Positions 1 through 8,314 are shown, counted from the first letter of the stretch. The stretch is DNA of 10,827 nt from Candidatus Sumerlaeia bacterium (GCA_033764015.1 JANRJK010000015.1:1-10827), one strand, 5' to 3'. Program-made: numbers and translations. Notes: a model not told the origin generated them from the letters alone.

Positions 1-1
1 G

Positions 2-142
2 CCCGCCCCGCCGCGCACCACCCCGGCGCCGCCGTTCCAGCCCCGCCCCGCGCAGTTCCAGAGTCCCGCCCCGGGCCCCGGCCCCGCCGCGGGCCCGCAG
101 CAGCGGAAGCAGGCCGGCCTCGACACCGACCTCGACGTTTAA
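2..142 (+). CDS. 3' end of a hypothetical protein with a Pro-rich low-complexity C-terminus (partial, begins before the window)
   Basis: Manual translation of the frame starting at 2 gives PAPPRTTPAPPFQPRPAQFQSPAPGPGPAAGPQQRKQAGLDTDLDV, with TAA at 140-142 and mostly G/C third codon positions. It is not in the ORF track because the start lies outside the window. Confidence 0.7.
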   Translation, partial: PAPPRTTPAPPFQPRPAQFQSPAPGPGPAAGPQQRKQAGLDTDLDV

Positions 143-271
143 CCCCCCCGCAAGCGATCCGCGCCGGTCGGCCACGCTGCACCGCGATCCGCGGCGTACA
201 TTTCGCATGACAGCCTTTCCCGCGGGCGGGGAACCTCGCCGCCCGTCCAACGACGAACAGGAGCGCCCCCG

Positions 272-1720
272 ATGCAGCCCCCCCAAGGCCCCCAGAACCC
301 CGACCCGAACGCCCCCCCGGGGAGCGCCGCCAGCGACCCGCAGCCGCCTGCGGGCAACTCGTCCGAGTCCGCGATCTTCCTGAAGCCGGAGGACCTGGCG
401 TCCGCATCCGCGTCCGCCGCGGAGCCGCCGGCCGGGGAGCCGGAGCCGAGCGCGTCGCGCGTCGTGCTGCGGCCCGAGTTCGGCGCTCCCGCGGAGCCCG
501 TGTCGCCGGCGCCCGTTGCGGCGCCTGCCGTTTCGGCCCCCCCCCAGCCGGCCGCGGCGGCGCCGCCCCCCGCGCGCCCCGCCTACGGCGCTCCCCCCCC
601 CGCCTGGGCGCAGCGGCAGCGCGCCCCTTACGGGCAATCCGCTCCCCCGCCGGGCTGGGGCGGGCCGCCTCCGGGATACGCCCCGCCGCCGGGCTACCAG
701 CCGCCGGGTCCGGGCGGTCCGCCTCGTCGCAGCAAGGCGCCGCTGGTCATCGGGGCGATGCTACTCATCGGTCTCTTCGTGGTCGGTGGGCTCGTCCTCG
801 CGACGGGCGCGCTGAGCGGCCTCGCCTCCACCGGCGGTGGCAGTTCGTCGAGCGCCGCGGCCTTCCTCCCCTTCGGCAGCAAGGTCGCCGTCCTCGATGT
901 GACCGGCGTGCTTGGGGAAGGCGTCGGCTACCAGGCGGACACCGCCGCGCTGATCCAGCAGGTGCGGCTGTGGCAGGATAACCAGAACGTGAAGGCGCTG
1001 GTGCTGCGCATCAATTCGCCGGGGGGCGCGGTGAGCGCCACGCAGGAGCTCTACGAGGCGATCCTCGAGTTCAAGCAGGTGCGCCAAGTGCCGGTGATCG
1101 CCTCCATGGGGGACGTCGCGGCGAGCGGCGGCTACTACACCGCGATCGCGTCGGACGAGATCTTCGCGAACCCGGGCACCCTCACCGGGAGCATCGGCGT
1201 GATCCTCAGCTTCTCGGACATGCAGGGCCTGCAGGACAAGGTTGGCTGGCGGACGCGGGCCGTGAAGAGCGGCGAATTCAAGGACATGGGCTCGGGGTCG
1301 CGCGCGATGACGCAGGGCGAGCGGGAGCTGCTGGAGGACATGATCGCCGACGTGTACGAGCAGTTCTTCGACGCGGTGCTGGCGAGCCGCGACGAGGCGG
1401 TGCAGCAGATCCTCCGCGAGGACTCGCCGGCCGCGCTGGTGTCGCCGATGGACGTCGAGGCGCATGTGCGCGCGCTTTGCGACGGCCGCATCTTCAGCGG
1501 GCAGCAGGCGTACCGGTCCGGCATGGTGGACCGGCTCGGGACGCTGCAGGACGCGGTCAACCACGCGGCGTCGCTGGCGAACCTCCCGGCGGACCCGGTG
1601 GTGGTGCGCGGGCCGATGCGCCCGCGCGGCCTGTTCGGCGCCATCGAGTCGCGGCTCGAAACGCTCGACGCGGCGCTCCCCGGCGGGTTCCGGGTCGAGT
1701 ACCGCATGGCGCTGCAATGA
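272..1720 (+). CDS. sppA: Signal peptide peptidase SppA (peptidase S49, single-domain type) with a ~157-aa Pro-rich N-terminal extension
   Basis: S49 motifs [20 protein letters not shown] (catalytic Ser region), [13 protein letters not shown] (catalytic Lys region), [10 protein letters not shown] and GMVDRLG. A TM anchor ([20 protein letters not shown]) follows RRSK. An AGGAG RBS lies at 259-263. Confidence 0.95.
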   Translation: MQPPQGPQNPDPNAPPGSAASDPQPPAGNSSESAIFLKPEDLASASASAAEPPAGEPEPSASRVVLRPEFGAPAEPVSPAPVAAPAVSAPPQPAAAAPPPARPAYGAPPPAWAQRQRAPYGQSAPPPGWGGPPPGYAPPPGYQPPGPGGPPRRSKAPLVIGAMLLIGLFVVGGLVLATGALSGLASTGGGSSSSAAAFLPFGSKVAVLDVTGVLGEGVGYQADTAALIQQVRLWQDNQNVKALVLRINSPGGAVSATQELYEAILEFKQVRQVPVIASMGDVAASGGYYTAIASDEIFANPGTLTGSIGVILSFSDMQGLQDKVGWRTRAVKSGEFKDMGSGSRAMTQGERELLEDMIADVYEQFFDAVLASRDEAVQQILREDSPAALVSPMDVEAHVRALCDGRIFSGQQAYRSGMVDRLGTLQDAVNHAASLANLPADPVVVRGPMRPRGLFGAIESRLETLDAALPGGFRVEYRMALQ

Positions 1721-3312
1721 CCCTCCGCTCCGCCGCGGTCCTGGCCTCCGCCCTCGCGCTCGCCGCCGCCGCCCCCGGAGGCGAGCGCATCACGCTGCGC
1801 ACGGAGGGGCGCCTCACCGACCGCGCGGGCGAGATCGTGCCCGACGGCAACTATGTGATGGAGTTCCGGCTCTACCGCGACGCGGAGGGGGGGACGCCGC
1901 TTTGGGCCGAGACCCGCGCCGACGCCAACCGCGTCCGGGTCGCGTCGGGGCGTATCCGCCTGGAGTTGGGCGAGGTGCGCGCGCTGCCGCCCTCGCTGCT
2001 GAAGGAGGACGCCGCGCTCTTCCTCGAGGTGCTCGCCGACCTGAACGGCAACGGCATCGACGACAGCGACGCGTTCCGTCCGCGGACGCGGCTGAACACG
2101 ACGCCGTACATCGCGCTGGGCACGGAGAGCGAGGCGTCGCAGGAGCCCGCGCGGTCGGACAACGGCGGCTTGTCGCTGCTGCCGATCGACGCGTGGGTCG
2201 GCGAGGTCGAGATAATCGTCGGCCCCGAGGGCGCCACGGGACCCGCGGGTCCGGCCGGGGCGACGGGACCGCAAGGCCCGACGGGGCCGACCGGAGCGGC
2301 GGGCTCCACCGGCCCGGCGGGCGAAGCCGGACCCACCGGCCCGCAAGGCGAACCGGGCCCGCAGGGTCCGGAGGGCGACCGCGGAGAGCCCGGACCCGCG
2401 GGCGCGGACGGGGCACCGGGAGAGCCCGGACCGACCGGTCCCACCGGGCCCGCCGGCGCGGACGGCGCCACCGGTCCCGCGGGGCCGCAGGGACCGCGCG
2501 GCCTTCAGGGCGAGCCGGGGTCCCAGGGCCCGCAAGGGGCGCCGGGCGAGAAGGGCGAAAAGGGCGACCAAGGCGATCCCGGCCCGCCGGGCCCGCAGGG
2601 TCCGCCAGGCCCCCCGGGGCAGGTGGTCTACGCCGAGGGCACCGCGGGAGCCGTGGTGGAAGGTCCGCGGGGGCCGCAGGGCGAGAAGGGGTTGGCGGGC
2701 GACCGCGGCCCGCAGGGGGAACGCGGCCCGCAAGGGTTGACGGGTCCCATGGGGCCTGCCGGACCGGTGGGACCCGCGGGGCGCGACGGGCGCGATGGCG
2801 CGCCGGGGCCGCAAGGCCCGCCGGGGCAGACCATCGTCGTGAACGCGGCTGCGGGCGGAGCGGCGCTGGTGGCGGCGGGGCCGCTGCTCGAGTTCGCCGA
2901 CCGGACGGAGACGGTGCGCTTCGACTCGCCGCTGGACGGCGAATGGCGCGCGCTTTCGTCGCTGTCGATAACCGTCCCGGGACCGGGCCGCGTGCTGGCG
3001 GAGGCGAACGGGCGGGTGCGCTTCTTCATCGCGGGCTCCGACGGCGCGACGGCTTTCTACTCGGGGCTCTCGACGCAGGCTTCGGGGAGGCCGCAGAACG
3101 CCCCGGCGATGATCGAGCTGACGGGCAACCGGCCCGGCGAGACGCTCTCCTTCCACACGCGGCATGTCTTTCCGGTGGGGGCGCCGGGCGAACTGACGGT
3201 GCACTGGCTCGGGATGGCGTTCGCCGAGTCGGCGGAGTCCGCGACCGTGTTCGTGACGCCCGCGCAGATGTCGCTCACCTACTTCCCGGCGGCGGAGGCC
3301 ACCGGCCAATGA
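1717..3312 (+). CDS. Secreted collagen-like (Gly-X-Y) fibre protein, 531 aa: signal peptide, N-terminal fibre-type domain, two collagen blocks, beta-rich C-terminal domain
   Basis: The ATG at 1717 overlaps the sppA TGA (ATGA) and begins a hydrophobic signal peptide, [20 protein letters not shown]. There are 45 and 19 consecutive GXY triplets. The track start at 1477 lies inside sppA and is unlikely. Confidence 0.9.
   Translation: MTLRSAAVLASALALAAAAPGGERITLRTEGRLTDRAGEIVPDGNYVMEFRLYRDAEGGTPLWAETRADANRVRVASGRIRLELGEVRALPPSLLKEDAALFLEVLADLNGNGIDDSDAFRPRTRLNTTPYIALGTESEASQEPARSDNGGLSLLPIDAWVGEVEIIVGPEGATGPAGPAGATGPQGPTGPTGAAGSTGPAGEAGPTGPQGEPGPQGPEGDRGEPGPAGADGAPGEPGPTGPTGPAGADGATGPAGPQGPRGLQGEPGSQGPQGAPGEKGEKGDQGDPGPPGPQGPPGPPGQVVYAEGTAGAVVEGPRGPQGEKGLAGDRGPQGERGPQGLTGPMGPAGPVGPAGRDGRDGAPGPQGPPGQTIVVNAAAGGAALVAAGPLLEFADRTETVRFDSPLDGEWRALSSLSITVPGPGRVLAEANGRVRFFIAGSDGATAFYSGLSTQASGRPQNAPAMIELTGNRPGETLSFHTRHVFPVGAPGELTVHWLGMAFAESAESATVFVTPAQMSLTYFPAAEATGQ
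2221..2625 (+). repeat. Collagen Gly-X-Y block 1 (45 triplets)
   Basis: Uninterrupted GPE GAT GPA ... GPP GPP GQV with Gly every third codon. The 14-mer GGAGAGCCCGGACC recurs at 2383 and 2419. Confidence 0.95.
2662..2832 (+). repeat. Collagen Gly-X-Y block 2 (19 triplets)
   Basis: GPR GPQ GEK ... GPQ GPP GQT, following a 12-aa interruption ([12 protein letters not shown]). Confidence 0.95.
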
Positions 3313-4442
3313 CCGCTCCTCCCGTTGCGATGGTGCTGCACCGCTTCGAGCCCCGGCGGGACTGGGTGGGCCGCAAGCTGAAGGAGGTCCTGGCGGAGGC
3401 GATGCCGGCGCTGTCCGGCACGGCGCGCGCCCGGCTGGTCGAGAACGGCCTCGTGCGGCGCGGGGGGATCAAGCTGGAGGACCACAACGCGGCGTGGGAG
3501 GATTCCGCGGCGCCGCTGGAGGTGGATCTGCGCCACGGCCTGAAGGGTCGGGGGCGTCCGCAAACGAAGCCCCTCGTGCAGCGCATCCGCGTGCTCCACG
3601 AGGACAACGACGTGCTGGTGCTCGACAAGGCGCGCGGCATCGTGGTGCAGCCGGAGAAGGACGTGCCGGAGGAGAAGCGCTCGGGGCCGCCGATCGTCGA
3701 GTTGGTGAAGCACTACTGGCGCGAGATGAAGCTCCCGCCGTCGGAGCTGCACGTCGTCCAGCGCCTCGACAAGGAGACGTCCGGGCTGCTGGTGCTGGCG
3801 AAGAACCTGCGGGCGGCGCGGCTGCTGCAGATGGACCTGCGGCTGCGGCGCGTGGTGCGCATCTACGAGGCGCTGGTGGAGGGGCGTCCCGCGCGCGAGG
3901 GCGGTGTGTGGCGGTCGCTGCTGGGGCGCGGGTCGATGGGCCTGCGCCAGTCGATCCTCGGCAAGGGGGGGCGCAGCTTCGGCACGAGGGTGCAGGAGGC
4001 GATCACGCTGTACAGCGTCGTCGGGCGCGGCCCGCTGCCGGGCACGACGCGCGTCGAGCTGAAGCTCGAGACCGGGCGCACGCACCAGATCCGCATCCAC
4101 TGCGCCGAATCGGGCACGCCGGTGGTCGGCGACAAGCTGTACACGAAGCTGACGAACCATGTGCGGACGCTGCTCTCGAGCGGGCGCACCTTCGACCCGC
4201 CGCCGGAGCACCCGTGGCTCGACTGCTGGGAGGCGGGTCCCGGGACCGGCGAACCGGTCGAGATGCGCGGCGGGCGGCTGCACCTGCACGCGGTGCGGCT
4301 GGAGTTCCGCCACCCCGGCAACGGCCGGCGGCTTTCGTTCGATTCGCCGGCGCCTTGGCTGGAGGCCGGCGAGGCGCCGGCGCGCCCGGCGGCGAAGGGC
4401 GGGCGGCCGGCCCGCGCCGCCAAGGGGCGCGGCCGCCGCTAG
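3309..4442 (+). CDS. RluA/RluD-family RNA pseudouridine synthase with a probable S4-like N-terminus
   Basis: Motifs [35 protein letters not shown] (catalytic Asp), [20 protein letters not shown] and [13 protein letters not shown]. The ATG at 3309 overlaps the upstream TGA (ATGA). The track extension back to 1464 is a shadow frame. Confidence 0.93.
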   Translation: MTAPPVAMVLHRFEPRRDWVGRKLKEVLAEAMPALSGTARARLVENGLVRRGGIKLEDHNAAWEDSAAPLEVDLRHGLKGRGRPQTKPLVQRIRVLHEDNDVLVLDKARGIVVQPEKDVPEEKRSGPPIVELVKHYWREMKLPPSELHVVQRLDKETSGLLVLAKNLRAARLLQMDLRLRRVVRIYEALVEGRPAREGGVWRSLLGRGSMGLRQSILGKGGRSFGTRVQEAITLYSVVGRGPLPGTTRVELKLETGRTHQIRIHCAESGTPVVGDKLYTKLTNHVRTLLSSGRTFDPPPEHPWLDCWEAGPGTGEPVEMRGGRLHLHAVRLEFRHPGNGRRLSFDSPAPWLEAGEAPARPAAKGGRPARAAKGRGRR

Positions 4443-4493
4443 GTTCCGGGCGCCGGGTCCCGCGCGGGCGCGGGGCGGGGCGCCGCTTCGCCG

Positions 4494-5813
4494 CTAGTGC
4501 AGGTCGATCTCGTCGAAGAGTGAATCGTTCGGTTTCGGCTGCGGGCGCTCCGCGCCGCGAGGGGCGGCCTTCGCGTCCGGCGCGGAGGAACCCATGTCGA
4601 ACTCCTCGAAGAGCGAGTCGTCGAGGCGCTCCGGGGCGTCGGCGGGAGCGGGGGCATCCTCGTCCTCGTCGTCCGCCGCCGCGGCGGCGGGCGCGGCGGC
4701 GTCCAGGGAGAAGTTCAGCTTCTTGATCATCGTCGAGCTGCTGCGCCGCATCGGGAGCGAGGTCAGCATCGAGTCGATCGCGGCGAGGAACTGGTTCATC
4801 TGCTCGTCGGTGCCGATGGAGACGCGGACGCCGTCGCGGACCTCGAACTCGTCGTAGCGGCGCACGATGATGCCGCGCTCGCGCAGGCCCTGGTAGAGGC
4901 GGAAGGTGTCGGTGCCGCGGAGGAAGAAGAAGTTGCCGTCGCTCGAGGGCACGTCGAAGCCGCGCATCTGGACCTCGAGGCGCACCGACTCGCGGGTGTC
5001 GCGGATGCGCTGCGCGGTTTGCGCCACCCAGCCCGGGTTGCGCCACGCGGCGAGGCCGGCGGACTGGGCCACCACATCGACGTTGTAGGGGGACTTCGCG
5101 CGCCGCAGCGCGCGGATCGCCTCGGGGTGCCCGATGGCGTAGCCGAGCCGGAGCCCCGCGAGCGCGTGCGCCTTCGAGAAGCTGCGCACAATCAGCACGT
5201 TCGGCATCCCCTCCTCGACCAGCTTCATCGCATTGGCGCCGCGGAAGGCCTCGTACGCCTCGTCGATCACGACGAGCGTTCGCGGGTGCGAGTGGGCGAA
5301 GTCGGAGATCGCGTAGGTTTCGATCGACTCGCCGAGCGGGGTGTTCGGGTTGCAGAGGAAGAGGACCTTGAGGTCCGGCGGCGCGTCGAGGAGTGCCTCC
5401 TCGGGCGAGGAGTCGAGCCACGGCAGGCGGACGGGCTCGGCGCCTTGCATCAGGGCGAGGTGCTCGAAGTAGGGCGTGGTGGGCCAAGGGAAGCCGGCGC
5501 GGTCGCCGGGGGCGAGGAACGCTTGCGCCGCCAAGCCCTGCAGCTCCGTCGAGCCCGCGCCCACGAGCACCTGGTCCTCGCGGACGGCGAGCGTGCGGGC
5601 GATGGCCTCGCGTAGCTCCGAGGACTCCGGGTCGGGGAAGAGGCGCACCATGCGGGCGGTCGCCTTCTGGACGGCGACCACCACTTCGGCGGGGGGCGGG
5701 TAGGGGTTCTCGTTGCGGTGGAGCGGGACGACGTCGGCGCCTTGGAGCCGCTCCGAGGGGATCCACTCGGGCACTCGCGCGACAGCGGGGTTCAAGGGCA
5801 CGGACCAATCCAT
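4494..5813 (-). CDS. hisC: Histidinol-phosphate aminotransferase-like (fold type I PLP) enzyme with an ~89-aa acidic C-terminal tail
   Basis: Motifs NENPYPP, LCNPNTPLG, VIDEAY, RSFSKAHALAGLRLGY (PLP Lys), PYNV and VRVSIG. The ATG at 5813 has a GAGGTG RBS. An alternative GTG start is at 5852. Confidence 0.85.
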   Translation of the reverse strand: MDWSVPLNPAVARVPEWIPSERLQGADVVPLHRNENPYPPPAEVVVAVQKATARMVRLFPDPESSELREAIARTLAVREDQVLVGAGSTELQGLAAQAFLAPGDRAGFPWPTTPYFEHLALMQGAEPVRLPWLDSSPEEALLDAPPDLKVLFLCNPNTPLGESIETYAISDFAHSHPRTLVVIDEAYEAFRGANAMKLVEEGMPNVLIVRSFSKAHALAGLRLGYAIGHPEAIRALRRAKSPYNVDVVAQSAGLAAWRNPGWVAQTAQRIRDTRESVRLEVQMRGFDVPSSDGNFFFLRGTDTFRLYQGLRERGIIVRRYDEFEVRDGVRVSIGTDEQMNQFLAAIDSMLTSLPMRRSSSTMIKKLNFSLDAAAPAAAAADDEDEDAPAPADAPERLDDSLFEEFDMGSSAPDAKAAPRGAERPQPKPNDSLFDEIDLH

Positions 5814-5871
5814 GGCGTCCACCTCGGGGTGCTTGCGTCGAAGCGATGGCACGCCCCGGGCGCGCCATTGG

Positions 5872-7536
5872 TCAAGGGGAGGACGGCGCGGCGGGAACGC
5901 GGACGCGCACTATGTAGCCCCACGGCGCGCCCCCCGATTGGATGGTGGCGGCGCGCTCGACCGCGGCGCCGGGGGGCGGCGCGGGGCCGTCGAAGGGGGG
6001 CCATGGGGGAAGCGGGTGGAGTTCGAGCCACTCGCGCTCGCCGGGCGCTCCGTCCGCGGCGACCAAACGCACGCCGTCCGCGCAGAAGCGCAGCGTCGGG
6101 GGCAGCCCGAGGTAGGCGGGCACCTTGACCGGCGGCCCGCCCGCGTAGGGCCGCAGCGCCTCGCCCGCGGCGCGGAACTCGACGTTGAACTCCCGCGGGA
6201 CCATCGGATGCTCGGGCCACGAGGCGGCGCGGCGGAGCTCGACGGCGGCGTAGTTGGCGAAGAGCAGCGCGAGCACGGTGGAGGCGAGCGCGCCGCCGCG
6301 CGCGGCGAGGCGGCGGTGCAGCTCGCACGCCGCGGCGCCGAGCACCAGCAGCACCGCCGGCATCAACAGCGTGAGGCGCAGGTAGTTCGGCGCGCCGAAG
6401 CTGAGCACCGAGGCCAGGGAGCCAACGGCGAGCCATGCGAGGACGGGACCTTCGGGCCCGGCGGGTCCGCGGAGCGCGCGGGAAACGAACAGCGCGATCC
6501 CCGCATAGAACAAGAGCCCCGTGGCGACGTCGAAGAGCGGCAGTCCGGTGCCGTGCGGGTCGGGCGCGGCGCCGGCGGCGCGCGCGTCCTGCCAGCGGGC
6601 CGCCTCCTCGGCGCCGGGAACGGACCAGAGGCGCGCCTGGAGGAATCCCGGCCCGCCGGGGAGGTTGTGCTTCCCGACATGGTCGCCGCGGAACGCGAAC
6701 ATGAGCGCGACGTCGCGGGCCTGCGCGGCGAGGATCGCGGCCCGGGACCGGCCGCGGCCCTCCAACTCCACCTCGCCCGCGCGGTGCGCGAACTGGTCCG
6801 GGCGGCGCAGGTAGTGCAGCAGGAGCGGGGCGGCGACGACGAAGGCGCAGGCCGCGAAGGCGGCGGCTTCGCGCCGCAGGCCCGCCGGGAGGGAGGAGCC
6901 ATCGCGCCGCGCGCGCCACCAGAGCAGCGCGCCGCCCGCGGCGAGCGCCACCGGCGCCAGGCGCCACGCGGTGTACGTGTAGAGCCCCGCGCCGAGGAAG
7001 GCGCCCGCGACGGCGGCCCAGCGCGGGCCGCCGCCGCGCAGCCAGCGCGCCACCGCCCCCGCCAGCAGCGCGGCGAAGAGCGGCGTCAGGATCGTGCGGA
7101 AGCAGAGCGAGCTGAAATGGACGTGCCAGCGGAAGGGGACCGCGAGGAAGAGGACGGCGATGGCCACCCGCCGCCCGTCGATTCCCCGGGCCATCCACCA
7201 GAACGCCGGGATGGTAAGGGTGCCGATGGCCACGCAAGTGCCGCGCGCCGTTTCGACCGTGGGCCCGAAGAAGTGGAACACGGGGGCGAGGAGGTACATG
7301 AAGAGCGGCTCGCGCATGTGGCCGCCGCCGCTGAAGAAGATCGGCCAGCCCGGGTTGCGCAGGAGGTCCAGCGCTTCGAGCGCGTACCACGCCTCGTCGT
7401 ACCAGAGCCCCGGCGCGCGCCGCATCGCCCAGAAGCGGATCGCTCCGCCGAGCGCCGTGGCGAGCAGCAGCGCGAGCCACTCCCAGCGCTGGACGGGGCC
7501 GAAGCGCTCGCCGTCCGGCCCGGCGTCAGCCGCCAT
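5872..7536 (-). CDS. GT-C fold integral membrane glycosyltransferase (GT39/PMT_2, ArnT-like)
   Basis: An N-terminal TM is followed by GLWYDEAWY (the DE motif typical of PMT/ArnT) and REPLFMYL, then many hydrophobic segments and GLYTYTAWRL. The start overlaps the GT2 gene end by 11 nt. Confidence 0.85.
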   Translation of the reverse strand: MAADAGPDGERFGPVQRWEWLALLLATALGGAIRFWAMRRAPGLWYDEAWYALEALDLLRNPGWPIFFSGGGHMREPLFMYLLAPVFHFFGPTVETARGTCVAIGTLTIPAFWWMARGIDGRRVAIAVLFLAVPFRWHVHFSSLCFRTILTPLFAALLAGAVARWLRGGGPRWAAVAGAFLGAGLYTYTAWRLAPVALAAGGALLWWRARRDGSSLPAGLRREAAAFAACAFVVAAPLLLHYLRRPDQFAHRAGEVELEGRGRSRAAILAAQARDVALMFAFRGDHVGKHNLPGGPGFLQARLWSVPGAEEAARWQDARAAGAAPDPHGTGLPLFDVATGLLFYAGIALFVSRALRGPAGPEGPVLAWLAVGSLASVLSFGAPNYLRLTLLMPAVLLVLGAAACELHRRLAARGGALASTVLALLFANYAAVELRRAASWPEHPMVPREFNVEFRAAGEALRPYAGGPPVKVPAYLGLPPTLRFCADGVRLVAADGAPGEREWLELHPLPPWPPFDGPAPPPGAAVERAATIQSGGAPWGYIVRVRVPAAPSSP

Positions 7537-8314
7537 CGCGCGCCTTCTTCCGCGCCTCCCAGACGTGCGCGTACTTGAGGAACACCGAGTGCGCGGCCAT
7601 CCAGCAGATGATGAACCCCGCCAGTCCGTCGCGGAAGCCGCCGTAGAGGATGTACTGGCGGAAGAAGCGCCAGAGCGGGCGGCCGGCGAGGTGCAGCAGC
7701 GTCACGCGTTCGGTGCTCTTCGCGCGGTCCTGCCCCGCCCAGCCGGCGTAGCGCCCGTGCTTGCGGAGGTACTGGTCGAAGCTCTCGAAGGTGTAGTGGA
7801 GCAGGCGGCCGCGCAGCGCGCCGACGCGCGCCGGAGCGCCGTCGGGGAAGATGATGTCCGCGTGGACGTGCTTCTCCTCGTAGCGGCCGCGGTCGCGGCG
7901 GAACAGGCGGAGCACGTCGTCTCGCTGCCAGCCGCAACCGACGATGCGCTGCCCCATGAAGTGGTTCACGCGGTGGATGCGGTAGCCGTCGAGCGCTGCG
8001 GGCTTGGCGATCTCGGCCCGGATTTCCGCGGCGAGCTCCGGCGTCACGCGCTCGTCGGAGTCGACCACCAGCACCCACTCGTGGGCGCACTGAGGGATCG
8101 TCCAGTTCTTCTGCGCGGCGCTGTTCTCGTACTCGTGGACGAGCACGCGGTCGGCGAGCTGCTCCGCCAGCTCCCGCGTGCGGTCCGTCGAGGCGGCGTC
8201 CACCACGACGAGCACCTCGTCGGCGAAGCGCGCGGACGCGATCACCTCGCGGATATGGCGCTCCTCGTTGCCGGCGGGGATGAGGGCGGTGAGGCGGGGG
8301 GTGCTATCGGGCAC
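7526..8314 (-). CDS. Glycosyltransferase family 2, WaaE/KdtX/LgtF-like beta-glucosyltransferase type
   Basis: LTALIPAGNEERHI, EVLVVVDAASTDRT, AAQKNW, WVLVVDSDE (DxD), LRLFRR, VHADI, LLHYT, YLRKHGRYA, GGFRDGLAGF and VFLKYA. GTG start. Confidence 0.9.
   Translation of the reverse strand: MPDSTPRLTALIPAGNEERHIREVIASARFADEVLVVVDAASTDRTRELAEQLADRVLVHEYENSAAQKNWTIPQCAHEWVLVVDSDERVTPELAAEIRAEIAKPAALDGYRIHRVNHFMGQRIVGCGWQRDDVLRLFRRDRGRYEEKHVHADIIFPDGAPARVGALRGRLLHYTFESFDQYLRKHGRYAGWAGQDRAKSTERVTLLHLAGRPLWRFFRQYILYGGFRDGLAGFIICWMAAHSVFLKYAHVWEARKKARDGG

Noticed and set aside
154..193. Direct repeat GCGATCCGCG at 154 and 184 upstream of sppA, with TACATT at 197
   Set aside because: Only two GC-rich 10-mers and no matching -35. 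This is not a CRISPR array and is too weak to call an operator or promoter.
207..383. Short ORF from the ATG at 207 overlapping the sppA start
   Set aside because: No RBS, no recognisable features, and out of frame with sppA.
1872..2471. Antisense ORF with GPVGPVGP collagen-like repeats (also 2628..3029)
   Set aside because: The reverse complement of Gly-Pro codons (GGN CCN) again reads Gly-Pro, so this is a mirror artefact of the real collagen gene.
1464..3308. Apparent 992-aa fusion ORF ending in the pseudouridine synthase
   Set aside because: The upstream part is an off-frame reading of sppA and the collagen gene. The ATGA-coupled start at 3309 explains the real gene.
1135..3309. 724-aa minus-strand ORF and other long antisense or alternate-frame ORFs (761..1717, 4003..5868, 5713..7578, 5792..7480)
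   Set aside because: They are Arg/Pro/Ala-rich, have no recognisable motifs and overlap well-supported genes. Long stop-free shadow frames are expected at this GC content.
1717..3312. Collagen or fibre gene as evidence of a prophage
   Set aside because: It has a signal peptide, is coupled to housekeeping genes, and no phage structural, integrase or lysis genes are in the window.
4443..4493. GC hairpin (CCCGCGC-GG-GCGCGGG) between the convergent rluA-like and hisC-like genes
   Set aside because: Short, all-GC and without a U-tract, so it is likely by chance at this composition. A terminator role is possible but unsupported.
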